DNA of 64,000 nucleotides from Octopus bimaculoides (GCF_001194135.2 NC_068986.1:7080436-7144435); one strand, 5' to 3'. Counted from the stretch's first letter, positions 25,105 to 37,359 are shown. Numbers and translations: made by a program. Notes: generated by a model not told the origin, from the letters alone.

Positions 25105-25948
25105 GCCATTGTACTTAGATTTTGTTGACCTGAAGAAAGCTTTCAACAGAGTCACCAACTCTGTTATCTGATGGTCTCTAAGGAAGTTAGGAGTAGAAGA
25201 GTGGCATTTTAGAGTTGTACAAGTCATGTACAGTGGTGCTGTCAGTAAGGTGAGAGTCGGCCATGAATACAGTGGTGAATTTAGCGACAAGTAAGGGTTC
25301 ACCAGGGTTCAGTTTTTAGTCTGCTCTTATTCATCATAGTCCTCCAAGCCATAGCAGAGGAATTTAAAACTTGCAACCCATAGAAACTACTCTATGCTGA
25401 TCACCTTGCTCTTATTGCAGAATGTATAGTAGTATTGGAGAAGAAATTCCAGGCATGGAAGAAAATCTTGGAATCAAAGGGTCTTAAAGATAACCTAGCA
25501 AAGACCAAAGTTGTTGTTAGAAAGAAAGCAGACAAGACTTTCTGTCAGGTAAATGGCCTTGCTGAATATGTAGGAGAGGGGTTGGAAGCACTAGCATAGC
25601 TAGAGTGTGCGCTGCCCCCAGACCCCACAAAAAACACATATTGCTTATAGCTGACCCAAAAGTGGCACCCCTTTAAAAGTTCCACCTGAGGTAGACTGCC
25701 CCTACCACTCCTCCCTAGCTATGCTAGTGGTTAGAAGTAATTCCATTCACTGCACCCAATGTACACTATGGATACATAAGCGGTGCAGTGGTGTCACAGG
25801 TAGATTAACAGGCAAAGCCGTCTTTCTGTGTTGCAGATATGTAGGAAAAATATGCACTCAGAACACATGGGAACTAGACTCTCTGAAATGCCCAAGAGGT
25901 TCTCTTGAGGTTGTAGATAGTGTTTGTTACCTAGGTGACCAGATTAGT
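25105..25948 (+). mobile_element. RTE RT segment inverted relative to the adjoining 3' part
   Basis: PLYLDFVDLKKAFNRV, VHQGSV, LLYAD, WIHKRCSGVTGRLT, YLGDQIS on the + strand. Confidence 0.88.
25589..25729. mobile_element. 141-bp MITE with 15-bp perfect TIR and 8-bp TSD (hAT- or P-like)
   Basis: GTTGGAAG|CACTAGCATAGCTAG ... CTAGCTATGCTAGTG|GTTAGAAG; removing it restores a continuous RTE sequence. Confidence 0.88.
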
Positions 25949-26689
25949 TAAAATTACCCAAATACAAAAATTTAACATGAAATAACTTCTAAAATACAAA
26001 ACTTTGTCAAAAATGTTGAAAGTAGATCGTGTTCAGAGTGAGCAATCACACCAGTATACGTAGTTTCAAACTGTTTAGTTAAAAGAGAATAATTTTTAAA
26101 ATCTGTGAATGAAACTGAAGAGGTCCCATCTCTTTGATCTTGGTCACCAGTTCAGCCTTGGTGATGCAGGCTAGGTCATAATTTTTTGCTTGGTCAGTCA
26201 GCCTATTTAGCAATAAATGAACACTGAGACTGAGCTTTTGATAGTCAAATGACTGAATTATCACACACATATTTGACATTTTAAATGAAGAAAAGTTTTG
26301 AAGGAAATATTTCTAAATGTAAAATTTTTAGTGAATGCAGAAATGGCAGTTTGCAAATGTGAAAGTAACTAAACAGAATAAACTAGATCTGCTGGAACCA
26401 GTCCCAGATATTAATGAACATCAATCTTGATAACAAAAATATAATGGTGTATGCTGACTCATCAAAATATTATATTTTTTCCAAACTACAAAGTCTTCCG
26501 TATTTTCTGACTTATTTTTCTTGTCTCAATGAATTTAATTCAAAGAACTTTACTTTGTGGGAATAAGACTTTTTAAGACTGGGAAATTTAAGTATATAAC
26601 AGTGAAAGCATACATTTATTTGTCTGCTGTTCTCTCTTCCATCCATACAACATTCAATAAATATACCACCACCACCACCACCAACGTCG

Positions 26690-27290
26690 TCATCATCATC
26701 CTCATCATTTAATGCCCATGTTTCACATTTGCATGGGTTGGATGGTTTGACAAGAACCAATGTGTCAAAGGACTGCATTAAGCTCCAATTTTATCTTTAG
26801 CATGATTTCTATGGCTGGATACCTTTCCTAGCACCAACCACTTCACAGTGTGAACTGGGTGCTTTTATCCTGTCATCCACCCTATTGAGGTTACCATTCA
26901 ATTTGCAGAACTACAAGCCCTTAGGTAGATGTGGAAGGTGCAGCTTCATGCTTGGGGATGAGGGGATTACTATGAGAGAGGGTTTCTGCAGATGGGCTGC
27001 TTGGCTACTCACATCTAGTATGGACAAAAAAAAAAGGGGGAAGGGGAGGGAATGATCAGTAGGACCTGCAAGGTATAGAATGGTGTTAAGGGGCCCAGAT
27101 GGCAAAAGTTGAGTAGAAGTAGGTGGGTGGATGGGTCATTTGTAAGGTTGTATAATGAGGTGAATGAGGGTGGTAGGGTAGACTGCCAAAATGGGTAGGG
27201 TTGAAAGAGGATAAGACAAGAGCCAAGAGGTATGGATGATAGAAGGCTGCAGAAGAGGAGGGGCAGCAAGTACATCAGTAAGTACAATTT
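26690..27290 (-). mobile_element. RTE-tailed retroelement remnant
   Basis: CATCAT tail, TGCATGGGTTGGATGGTTTGAC..GGCTGGATACCTTTCCTAGCACCAACCACT and a purine-rich body. Confidence 0.65.
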
Positions 27291-29207
27291 GTTGGAATCA
27301 GTAAATGTTTCCTCTCAGATTCATCTGGAATACTCTCAAACATATCAATAATAATTAGTATTACCTGATAGATTATTTTCAATTAATTAATAATTGATAG
27401 AATATAATCTGTAATATATAATACCAGACATACTTTTGGGTGATGAATAATGGTAAAAGCCTTTGATTAAGGTTACCTGTGTAAATGTGATTTCTGTGCG
27501 AAGGAGACGTTTCTTGTTTAAAATGAAGAAAATATGGGCGATTGCAAATCTCTCAACAACATTTTATCTGAGAGCCTTCTCTGGATATGTCAATGAACAA
27601 AGCCACAATATTACAATATTTGTTCCATCCATCAAAAGTACTCATGATTGAAACCAACTCATGTAAAAGGGTGAACAAGCTGAAAGAGGGAAAATATACT
27701 TTTCTTTCAGACTACACTTTCATACTTATCAGCATTGAACCTCATAACAAATATAATCTTCTTGCTGAAAAGTTAATGAACAATACAGTCAATAGACTCC
27801 TAATAAAAGTATGAGAGATATTTTCTGGTCAAAGGATGGCCATTAATATTCATCAAGGAAATTCAAAGGCTGATAATTCTTACTGTAATTGTAAAATAAT
27901 TAATATAATTAAAAAAAGATATAAAAATGAATGATTGTTGAATATTAGAAAAGAATTATGACCCACTGTCATTCTGTTGAAGAAGTTGAAAGTTAGTGGT
28001 AAATCCTGTTTTTCATCATTTGATATGGTAGATTTCAAGGAATGAGTCATCTCCTTATGGAGGGAAAGCAAAGCAGCTAGACAGTGATACAATAAAACCA
28101 TATCACAACTTCATACCAGCATCAAGAAGTGAACTATCACATAGCATTACACTACTTCCTCTTCTCCTTATCCTCCTTTATGCTCTTGCAGTCACTTTTG
28201 TAACATTAAAAAAAAATAATTTATGTCTTAAACAAATATGTGGCAGAAAAGTTTCATGGAGTTAATACTTCTGCTGACAAAAAATGGATTTTCTCTGAGT
28301 GGAGGGCAGATTGTATGATATTTGTGTGTTAAGTGTGATAGCGTAAGCTAGTAAAACATGGACATTGAATGCAGAGGATGTGCAAAATCAGGAATGAAAT
28401 GAGGCAAGAATGCTCTGCAAGATGTGTAATGCGAATTGTGAATGAAGAGTGGAGGATAAATGAACAAAGAGAAAAACTGGGTATAAGAAAAACTGATGTT
28501 AGTCTGCAAGAGAGTTGACAATGTGTGTATGTATGGACAAGTGAGTTGTAAGGAGGACGACAGTTTGGTAAAGAAGCGCCAGGCAATCTAATTGAAAGGA
28601 ATTCATAGTAGAGAAAGATGAAGAAAGAATGGGTGAAGGCTTATCTCATCATGAATGAGATGATATGTGATCATAAGTAACAAAATGTTGTGCTGGTGAA
28701 GACTCATTCAAGCCCCACAATCATGGGAAAAAATGGATGGAAAATTATGATGACAATGACGATGATGATGCTTTGTAAACAATAACAATATTGGTTGTAG
28801 GTTTTGAATGGACCTCTGCATTTCTGACAGTAAAAGAGACAGAGGGGTGTTGGTGAAACTCAGGGGAAATAAATAATAAAGTTTTTCTGTTTGAGACTCC
28901 AGTTTATAGACAATTTTGAGCAAATTTCTCAACCACAAAGTCATATTTGTATTGTTAATTCTTTTATTTGCTGCACAGTTTAAAAACCTACTTTGTTTAA
29001 ACACTTGACACCTAACAGATGCAGACACAGCTGTGTGGTTGAGAAACTGTGGTTAAGTGGCTTCTGGTATAGCCCTGGGATGATCGAAGCCCTATGAGTG
29101 AATTTAGTAGAGGAAAATTGAAAGAAACTCATTCTGTGTATGTGTGTGTGTGTATGTATGTATGTAGCAGGAACATTAGCAAAGTCCCAACCACCAACAG
29201 ATCTTAG

Positions 29208-29251
<44 letters not shown>

Positions 29252-29776
29252 GGTCCATCTGTTAATCAGTGGTCATATCACTACCAACATTAATAGCTGC
29301 AGGAACTTATGCCACTCAACGATGGTTGCTAGTCTGCTGACGCTCATCTGTCACAGACACACACAAACTGATTCATCATGGCTTTATATCCCTATCTCTT
29401 TCTCTGTCATTGTAAACATGTGTATGTGTGGGTATGTGTGTTTTTTTGTCTTCCTGTATTAGCATCACACACTGTGAGTGTTATTATCATACAAATGGTG
29501 TTTTCATTTCCAAATTTGCATGAAAATGTTTCCAGTAATGGGAAAATATTTTACTTGGAAACAAGTGAGGCAACAAGAAGGGCATCTGGATTTAAAATTA
29601 TGTTCAACTTTTGAAAGCATGCTTTGTGGTTGAATGAAATCTATTTATTTTCATGAAAATTATGGAGTCTGTTAATTGTCAAAGGAATTACTCTATATTA
29701 TAAAGTATTTTTGGATTATAATCTGCAGAGAGAATATACAGGCCCAACAACTTGATGATTACGATTTCAATGGATC

Positions 29777-30195
29777 ATCATCATCATCATCAACTTCATA
29801 ATTTAATCCCTATTTCTCCGTGCTTGCATGGACTAGATGGTATTTGTTGAGACAGATTTTCTACAGGTGGATGCCCTTCCTGTTGCCAACCCTCACCTGT
29901 TTCCAAGGAAGGTAATATTTCCTCCAAGACCAGACTTATTTTTATGGAAGACTGGAAATGAAGGATACGGCTTGTTTGATGGTAACATTCATTTACAACC
30001 ATCGCATGAAGCCAAGGCAAGGAGACAGTAATACACACGCACACACATGACGGGCTTCTTTCAGTTTCCATCTTCCAAATCCACTCACAAATTTTTGGTC
30101 TACTATACCAGAAGACACTCACCCAAGGTACCACACAGTAGGACTGAACCTGAGACTATGTGGTTGGGAAGCAAACTTCTTACCATACAGCTATG
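29777..30195 (-). mobile_element. tRNA-derived SINE with an RTE-like 3' end
   Basis: tRNA-like head at about 30130-30195 (reverse complement GGTAAGAAGTTTGCTTCCCAACCACATAGTCTCAGGTTCAGTCC); CATCAT tail at 29777. Confidence 0.8.
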
Positions 30196-31435
30196 CTAAT
30201 GATCTATGTTTATGTATTCGACAACATTCAGAATATATGACTTGGCAATGGAGATATAGGAAGCAGAAGCTGAAAGAAGTCAAGCATTCCACCAAAGCCA
30301 CAAATTCTATATATGACTATATAGCTACTAGACTTGTTCTAAAACAATTTTGTGATAATAATTCCTAGAGAGAACATACAGGTAACTCTGAAATGACCAT
30401 TCTTTGCTAGTTAGGTTGACATGACTCAACTAATCTTGAAGCTGTTGGTGAGTCTAAAGATCATGGTGCGGACATTGATAAGGGTGTAGTGGAATATTCA
30501 GCAATCAACCAATGTCGTGATTCACTGGAATGTTGCTTACATAATCAGCAAATTTGACCAGTTGCAACTTTGCATGTAAAGAAAATTACGCATGTGATCA
30601 ACAAAATCTGGCCAATCATGACTTCATGTCGAAATGGGCTGCAGCAACCATATCAACTTTTGGCATGTTCCCTTCTGAGCCGATCAATAGGTATAAAATG
30701 ACACACACATGCAACTGCAATCCAGAGACCTATGGGATGTAGCTGAGATGACAAGGTAGACTGATGGTGCACAGGTACAGGCTGAGCTAATGTCATTGTA
30801 ATGAGCTATCTGCTGTAACACAACTCACTGTAACTTTTTGAATGCTATTACAATAACACTCAAACCTTTTCAATAAGAATTAAAGTGTGTTCATAAAAAC
30901 CACAATAGATATCGTCATCTTCTTCTATGTACAACTTTTGACTTCCAACGCTAGAAATAACAGCCAGCACCCCAGAACTAACATCCGCAGTCACATACAA
31001 CTCCTAGCAGTTAGTGATTCAGCACAAATACAAGTGTTCACGACACATCCTCCAACCACAAGGATTTTGTATTCTTTCATGCCTTGCAGCTACACCGTTC
31101 TCATTTGCTAACACCATAATTGGATTAAAAAAAAAACAACTTTAGAATTAATAAAATTTGGGGAAACAGTTGAGACTATTTTAGCTATAAGCATGGGTAT
31201 GGCTGTATGGTTAAGAAATTTGATTTGTAATCATGTGGTTCCCAGATCAATCCCACTACATGGCACTTTAGTGAGTGAAATTGGTTGATTGAAATTGCAT
31301 AGAAGCATGTCAGATGAATAGTAATGAGTTATAGTTTCTCATTCCTATCAGCTAACACTGGCAAAATCTTTGGAAAAGGTCATGGCCAGTGTTGTAGTGA
31401 ACTTCCTCTCTCTATTATATATAAATACTTATGAA

Positions 31436-32021
31436 TGTAGCAGGTAACAGCTAACCTTTGGGTGCTGTTTTAGATCCCGTTGTGTCTACCACTCTGATTG
31501 GTTGGTACTGGCGCTATTTGTCTCTTACTCTATCACATGCCAAAATGCAACCCAACCAATCATAGCCTCCAAGTAAGTCACGTGAGACAGTCTTTTCTAA
31601 ACAGCATTTGAGCCTACCATTAGCTATCAAAATCTCGAGGTCTGTTGGTTTCAGACTTTCTATAGTCTAACCACTGACCGCATTGCAGTGATCTCCATCT
31701 TCATCACCACCATCATGTCTCTCACCAATGTTGTCAACTATATCTACACTGCACCGGTTCTAACATATCGCTGTTCGTGAGTTTTCCTCACCAGGGTTAA
31801 CAGCTAACATACAACCCATGCAAATGCATGTAGATATCTGAATAAATGTCCATCAACCACTTTCATTCAGCTTGTGTATATATATGTGTGGCCACAATAA
31901 ACGTATTTAAAGTTATCACCTTTGTTCCATGTATTTCTTCATCGGGGTTTTCTACCAAACGAGATTACAGCCTTCTGAGTGAGTCACATTAGGTGGCTCA
32001 ACAACAACATACCCATCTATA
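31436..32021 (+). mobile_element. 5' LTR (586 bp) of a CsRn1-like Gypsy element
   Basis: Starts TGTAG and ends CTATA (near-inverted termini); two AATAAA; its 3' part is repeated at 34203-34544; followed by A plus a PBS-like sequence. Confidence 0.8.
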
Positions 32022-32405
32022 ATGATGACCCCAATGTAACATGGACACTTATCCTTCTAAAATGTTGACCCCGACACAACATGGACACTTATCCTTCTAA
32101 AATAGTGACCCCCGACACAACATGGACACTTATCCTTCTAAAATGGTGACCCATGATGTTCAAGACCACCACATCATCTATAATGGTGAACCCCGATGTG
32201 GAAAACATATCCTTCTATAATGGTAACCTCGATGTAGCATGGAACACACATGATGACCCTGATGCAGAATACATCAACTTGACTATCCAACTATAATGGT
32301 GACCCGACGTGTAAAACACACCACAATGTTCCAGACCACTATCCATCTAAAATGATGACCACGATGTTCCAGACCACTAAACCAACTAAAATGGTAACAC
32401 AACAC
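32012..32405 (+). repeat. Array of about 10 units: LTR-end copy + tRNA-Trp PBS-like motif + variable spacer
   Basis: PBS-like starts at 32023, 32063, 32103, 32144, 32184, 32221, 32251, 32297, 32353 and 32392; consensus CCWTCTAWA-A-TGGTGACCCCGA(C/T)GT. Confidence 0.85.
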
Positions 32406-32419
32406 AGCACAGCACACAC

Positions 32420-32720
32420 TACAGGCCCGTTGACTTACCAAATGTGGACCCCACATCTTATGTCCTGCGACTCAGGTCATTCTTTGCTGACCTGCCACCA
32501 ATGCTTCCTCATGACCAGTCTATTTCTTCTACAGAATCTCCAGATATTTCTACCTGGACTCACATGTTTGTAAGAAATGATGCCGTCAAGGGACCACTCA
32601 CACCTCCCTACACTGGACCCTATCATGTTCTTAGAAGCACACAGAAACTGTTCTCTGTGGACATTCATGGAAAAAAAAGAAACTGTCACTATCGAAACAT
32701 TTATGCCACTTGCTGATACA
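32420..32720 (+). mobile_element. Gypsy integrase C-terminal fragment (GPY/F module)
   Basis: DPTSYVLRLRSFFADLPP...THMFVRNDAVKGPLTPPYTGPYHVL..TQKLFSVDIHGKK, typical of CsRn1-like integrase tails. Confidence 0.88.
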
Positions 32721-33239
32721 CCCATCATTTCACAAACACTGCTNNNNNNNNNNCACAAACACATTCTTCATCTTACAGGACATTCTGGCAGATCGGTTCA
32801 TTGGCTGAAGAAACTGTCTCAGACTATTTACATTTCTTAACTTTGCCTTGCCAGTGACTGTTCTGGAGAATAGACTTATGTTGCTATAGACACCACATTC
32901 ACATTTTTTCTCTTTCTGTATCATTGTACAAATATGCTTTGTTCTATTTGGTTGGACATCTTTCTTTGCTGAATGTTTTTCCTTGTATACTTGCATTGTA
33001 ATTTTCACATTGTTCCAGTTTTGATTGTTAAATATTTTGTTCATATTTAAAAAAAATTTTTGCTCAACATTCATACATACATATACACATATATGCTGTC
33101 TGCCTCATGCTATCCACTCCAACACATTTCTAGGTTTATTCTAGCAGAATGCTTTTCTCATCTGGCAAAAAGCTCTTTACATGTTTTTGTCATGTGTTTC
33201 TTCTCTGGTTTGTAGGATAGACAAACCACCTCTTATAAA

Positions 33240-34200
33240 TGCATAACAGAAGCCAGCCAAGGTAGCACTGGCATTGGCCACGTTCGGATGGTGCTTTTTC
33301 TGTGCCACCAGCACAGGGATCACAACTACAATTTCCATTTGGTTTTTATTTTGATATACTTGACTCAATAGGTCTCCTCAAGCACAGCAGGTCGCCCTAA
33401 GATCCAAGGTAAGCACAGCAGGTCGGCCTATGATCCAAAGTACTTTTGAGTGAGCTGGGACTAGTTATGCGAAACTGGTGTAGGATCCAGTAGTGAAATC
33501 ACTTTATTTGTTGGGTCTTCGCAGTCACAGCAAATCTCCAGAGGTCTCGGTCTTTCGCCATTGCCTCTGTGAGGCCCAACGTTCAAAGGTCATGCTTGAC
33601 CACCTCATCCCATGTCTTCTTGGGTCTACCTCTACCTCGGATTCCTTCAACTGTTTGGGAGTGGCACTTCTTCACACATCTCTCCTCATCCAATCATGAC
33701 CATACCAGTGCAATCGTCTCTCTTACACGCCACATCCGGTGCTTCTTACGTCCAACATTTTTCTCAGGGCGCTTACACTCTCTCGTGTGTGCACACTGAC
33801 ATTACACATCCAGCGGATCATGCTAGCTTCATTTCTTTCGAGCCTATACATGTCCTCTGCAGTCAGGGTCCCTGTTTCACTGCCGTGAAGCATGGCAGTT
33901 TGCACACATGCATCGTACAATCTACCTTTCACTCTCTGAGCGAGAGGCCCTTTGTCACCAGTAGTTGTAGAAGCTTTCTAAACTTTGCCCAGGCTATTCT
34001 TATTCTAGTGGTAACACTCTCAGAGCATCCACCCCCACTACTAACTTGGTCACCAAGGTAGTGGAAGCTATCAACTACTTCTAGTTTCTCCCCCAGGAGT
34101 GTGATGGAATTTGTTTTCTGAGCATGTGTGGTGTCTATTGCCCCTGTGCATCTGCCGCACATGAAAGCTAGCTTCTCGGTTAACCTCTTTCTAATCTCGG
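33240..34200 (-). mobile_element. 5'-truncated RTE LINE (ORF C-terminus plus part of the 3' UTR)
   Basis: LEVVDSFHYLGDQVSSGGGCSESVTTRIRIAWAKFR, RLYDACVQTAMLHGSET and the 3' UTR module GTGCTGGTGGCACAGAAAAAGCACC. Confidence 0.92.
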
Positions 34201-34202
34201 AG

Positions 34203-34544
34203 TGTGTTGGTTCTAGACTTTCCAAAGTCTAACCATTGACCATATTGCAGCGATCTCCATCTTCGTCGCCATCATGTCAACAACATCTACACAGCACCAA
34301 CACACTGCACCGGTTCTAACATATCGCTGTTCGTGAGCTTTCCTCTCCAGGGTTAACAGCTAACATACAGCCCACACAGATGCATCTAGTTATATGAATA
34401 AATGTTAATCAACCACATTGAAGACATTTAAAGTCACCACCTTGTTTCATGTCTTTTTTTTTTATACCGTTTTCCTACCAAATGAGATTACAGCCTTCTG
34501 AGTGAGTCACATTAGGTGGTTCAACAACAACCCGCCCATCTATA
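34203..34544 (+). mobile_element. Partial second LTR (probable 3' LTR)
   Basis: Direct repeat of about 31642-32021 (e.g. ACTGCACCGGTTCTAACATATCGCTGTTCGTGAG; GAGATTACAGCCTTCTGAGTGAGTCACATTAGGTGG); ends CCCATCTATA with no PBS after it. Confidence 0.85.
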
Positions 34545-35439
34545 GTGTCTTTCTTACTCAGGCAAAGCCACAAGAATAACAAACCGAAACAAAAGATATT
34601 CATTTATTATCAAATTCTTGTAGAACATATTCGAAGGGAGGCTAGAAAATATTGTAACATTAAAAGGATTGCTGTGGAGTTGATCCCAGAAAGAAGATAT
34701 TCAGTAAAAACGTCCACTTAAAAACAGGAAGAATCGATTAACAAGGGAGATAATTATGGTTTTATCAGGTCGAAAACTGTTCATTTCAATTATCAAATAC
34801 TCCATATGTAAACACCATTTATTTAAACAGTTAATATTTAAAGATTTCATATTCATTAAACCATGCCCACCATCTCTCTATCCGTGTGTGTGTGTTTATC
34901 TGTAGATATTTCCCATATATTAACTTTTAGAATGCAGCAAAACAAGAAATCTATGCTTATGAATATGTTTTTGAAGTTGAACTTTTAAAGCGAGATATCA
35001 TCTAGTTTACGATACTTAGTTTATGTTTTCTTTTTTAAAATAAACGTATCTTAAAGTTTCCAAGAAGTTTCCCTTTTCATAACATTTATACCGCACAATA
35101 ATGATGTATAAATGATCAAAGGTAGTGTAATTTGGGAAAAAAGGATTCTAATAAAATATATAATTATTTTTCGGTGTACAATAACCAAATTACCGCATTA
35201 CTACACTGTAATACTTATTTTGTTGTATTAAAAACAGCTGTTAATGTTTTCTTAGGATACACCTCAGGAAAATTCTATTGAATTACTGATACACTAGAAG
35301 GTAAAATGAATGAATGTCTTTTCTTTGGCAAGAACATCAAATCATTTATATTTTGCCTGGAGATTGTTCATCCATTAGAAGCCCAACACTAATTAACGCA
35401 GTCCATTAATTAATATATATTACCCATCACCTAATTATC

Positions 35440-36420
35440 TTCCCCTGTCTACCAGGTGTCGCTGTAGTCGGCACAGTGTCACGTAAATATAAACCAAAGA
35501 CGGCGATGGAGGATGTTTACCGATTCACGAAATAATAAAATATTGCAGGTTTGTTTACTTTAAACATTTTTATATTTGCTTCCACGCAACGATACGTGGA
35601 AGTTATAGGGATTATTTTCCGCTCTGCAGTAATATTGTGCACTGAATATGTACCAAGTTAGGCGTGAATTATACTGGAGGTAGTCGTCTGCAATGTTCAG
35701 CTGAGAGCTTCTGGTCGTCAGAAGAATTAAGGGATTTCAAGAAACGTTTGCAGCCACCATATTCCGGTCGTGTTTTTAATTATATTACACAATCTTCATA
35801 GAATTATACACATAAACATTTTCTGTTTACTTTGTCTTTTATTTGCTCGCAAATTGCCATTAATTGTTATTTTCTAATTGTAATTATATTTAAAACTTTC
35901 TATGTCATACAATTTTTTACAGGCACACATACACACCCACATGGGTGTGTGAATGCGCTCGCGTGTGGGTGTGTGTGTATATATATATATAAAAACAAAC
36001 ACATATATATACGGGCGTGACTGTAAACAAGGGAAGAAAAAGAATACTTGATACTTTCAGTTGAGTGACATCATTCATTACTGAATCTTAACATATTCTT
36101 ACTCCGAGTGCCTTGATGTCGACCTTCGAACAAAACAACGACAGGCATCTATAAATTCAAGATAACCATCTGCGAGAATTCAATTTCGAATAAGAAAAAA
36201 AGAGTATCGTTATGTGTGTGTGTGTGTGTGTGTGTTTAAAGCAACAGCCAAAATATTTTTCCGGTATCTGTTCCGGCAATTTACGTTCCGACGGCGACAC
36301 CTGCAAAACCCCTCCACATGTCACCGAAGATGCCCAACTCGGCATCGTGTCGTCGCAGACGTTGCCGTCTTGAACGCAAAAAGCGAGAACAGATACTGCA
36401 AGGCATCCTGTCTACCGTTT
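35440..36420. promoter_or_regulatory. CpG-rich promoter-like region; candidate site of the WDR37 non-coding first exon
   Basis: Unique sequence with two CpG-rich patches (35440-35770 and 36240-36420); WDR37 exon 48207 has a splice acceptor and needs an upstream exon; candidate donor GCAG|GTTTGT near 35549. Confidence 0.45.
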
Positions 36421-37359
36421 TTTAACAGTTTTAATATTGCACCACTCTGAATGGCTACTTTTTTTTTTATCGACCCTGAAAGGCTATATATATGTTTGTG
36501 CGTGTGTCCTCGCCATTGTTTTACGTCCGCTTTCCATGCTGACATGGGTTGGACGGGGCGTTACGTTCGGAGTAACACACCTATGCGAGGGTAATGGTGA
36601 CCTAAGACAGGTGAGGAGAGATTGGAGAACTTTATCTCGCTTGCTTTTAACTTTTGGCTTGGTTCTTATGGCTGGTTGCCCTTCCTAACACTAAACCACT
36701 TTAATGAGCTTACTGAATGCTTTGTTGTTTTGTGGCACTAGCACCAGAGAGGTGTTATGTCCTCAACAAGACTAAAGGTTGCCTCATAACCTCGTACTTA
36801 ACAGAATGCACCAGCTCCAGAAAGGTAGCTATGCCCTTGATATTGCTAAAGGGAACTCACCCCACTACATTTTTGCTCATTTGCCAACATTTTTTACAGA
36901 GTGAGAAGCATGAATGATAGTAATGAGAAGGCTGTGTGATATGGAGTGGAATGATAGGAGTAGTCTATATTCTAAAGTGTGAATCTTCAAGGCAATATGA
37001 CTGAGATAAGGAGATGACTGAGGTCTATGTGAGCCAGGAGATAGTGGTGACAGAGGCCCATGGTATGTGAGAAAAGGAATGAATGTTGTAACAGAGAGAG
37101 AGGGACACAGAAAGATGACAAGCGGTAGAAGAGATAAGAGTGTACTATGTACAAGTGGTCAAATGTTGCCATCTTTACATTGGTGATGAGATGAGTTTGA
37201 GGGGTTGATTGGTGAAAGTGCTAGCAAGTAGGTAGGTCCTGTAACAGTGAGTGACACAAAAAGTGATAGGAAGAGGAAAGAATATGTACAATGGCATCTT
37301 TAGTTACACTGATTGGAAGTTGTGTATGACAAACTGAAGAGATTCACTGCAATCTTCAA

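Noticed and set aside
27477-27679. Minus-strand exon-like unit with a good acceptor and donor and one in-frame TGA (selenocysteine?)
   Set aside because: No open frame, no recognisable selenoprotein motif, no SECIS seen, and no linked exons established.
30400-30830. Possible Ingi/Vingi-like LINE C-terminal remnant on the minus strand (LCYS, IPIDRLRREHA)
   Set aside because: Similarity is too weak to call without an HMM search.
32012-32405. Calling the repeat-spacer array a CRISPR array
   Set aside because: Eukaryotic context with no cas genes; the repeats are degenerate and are explained by LTR end + tRNA-Trp PBS.
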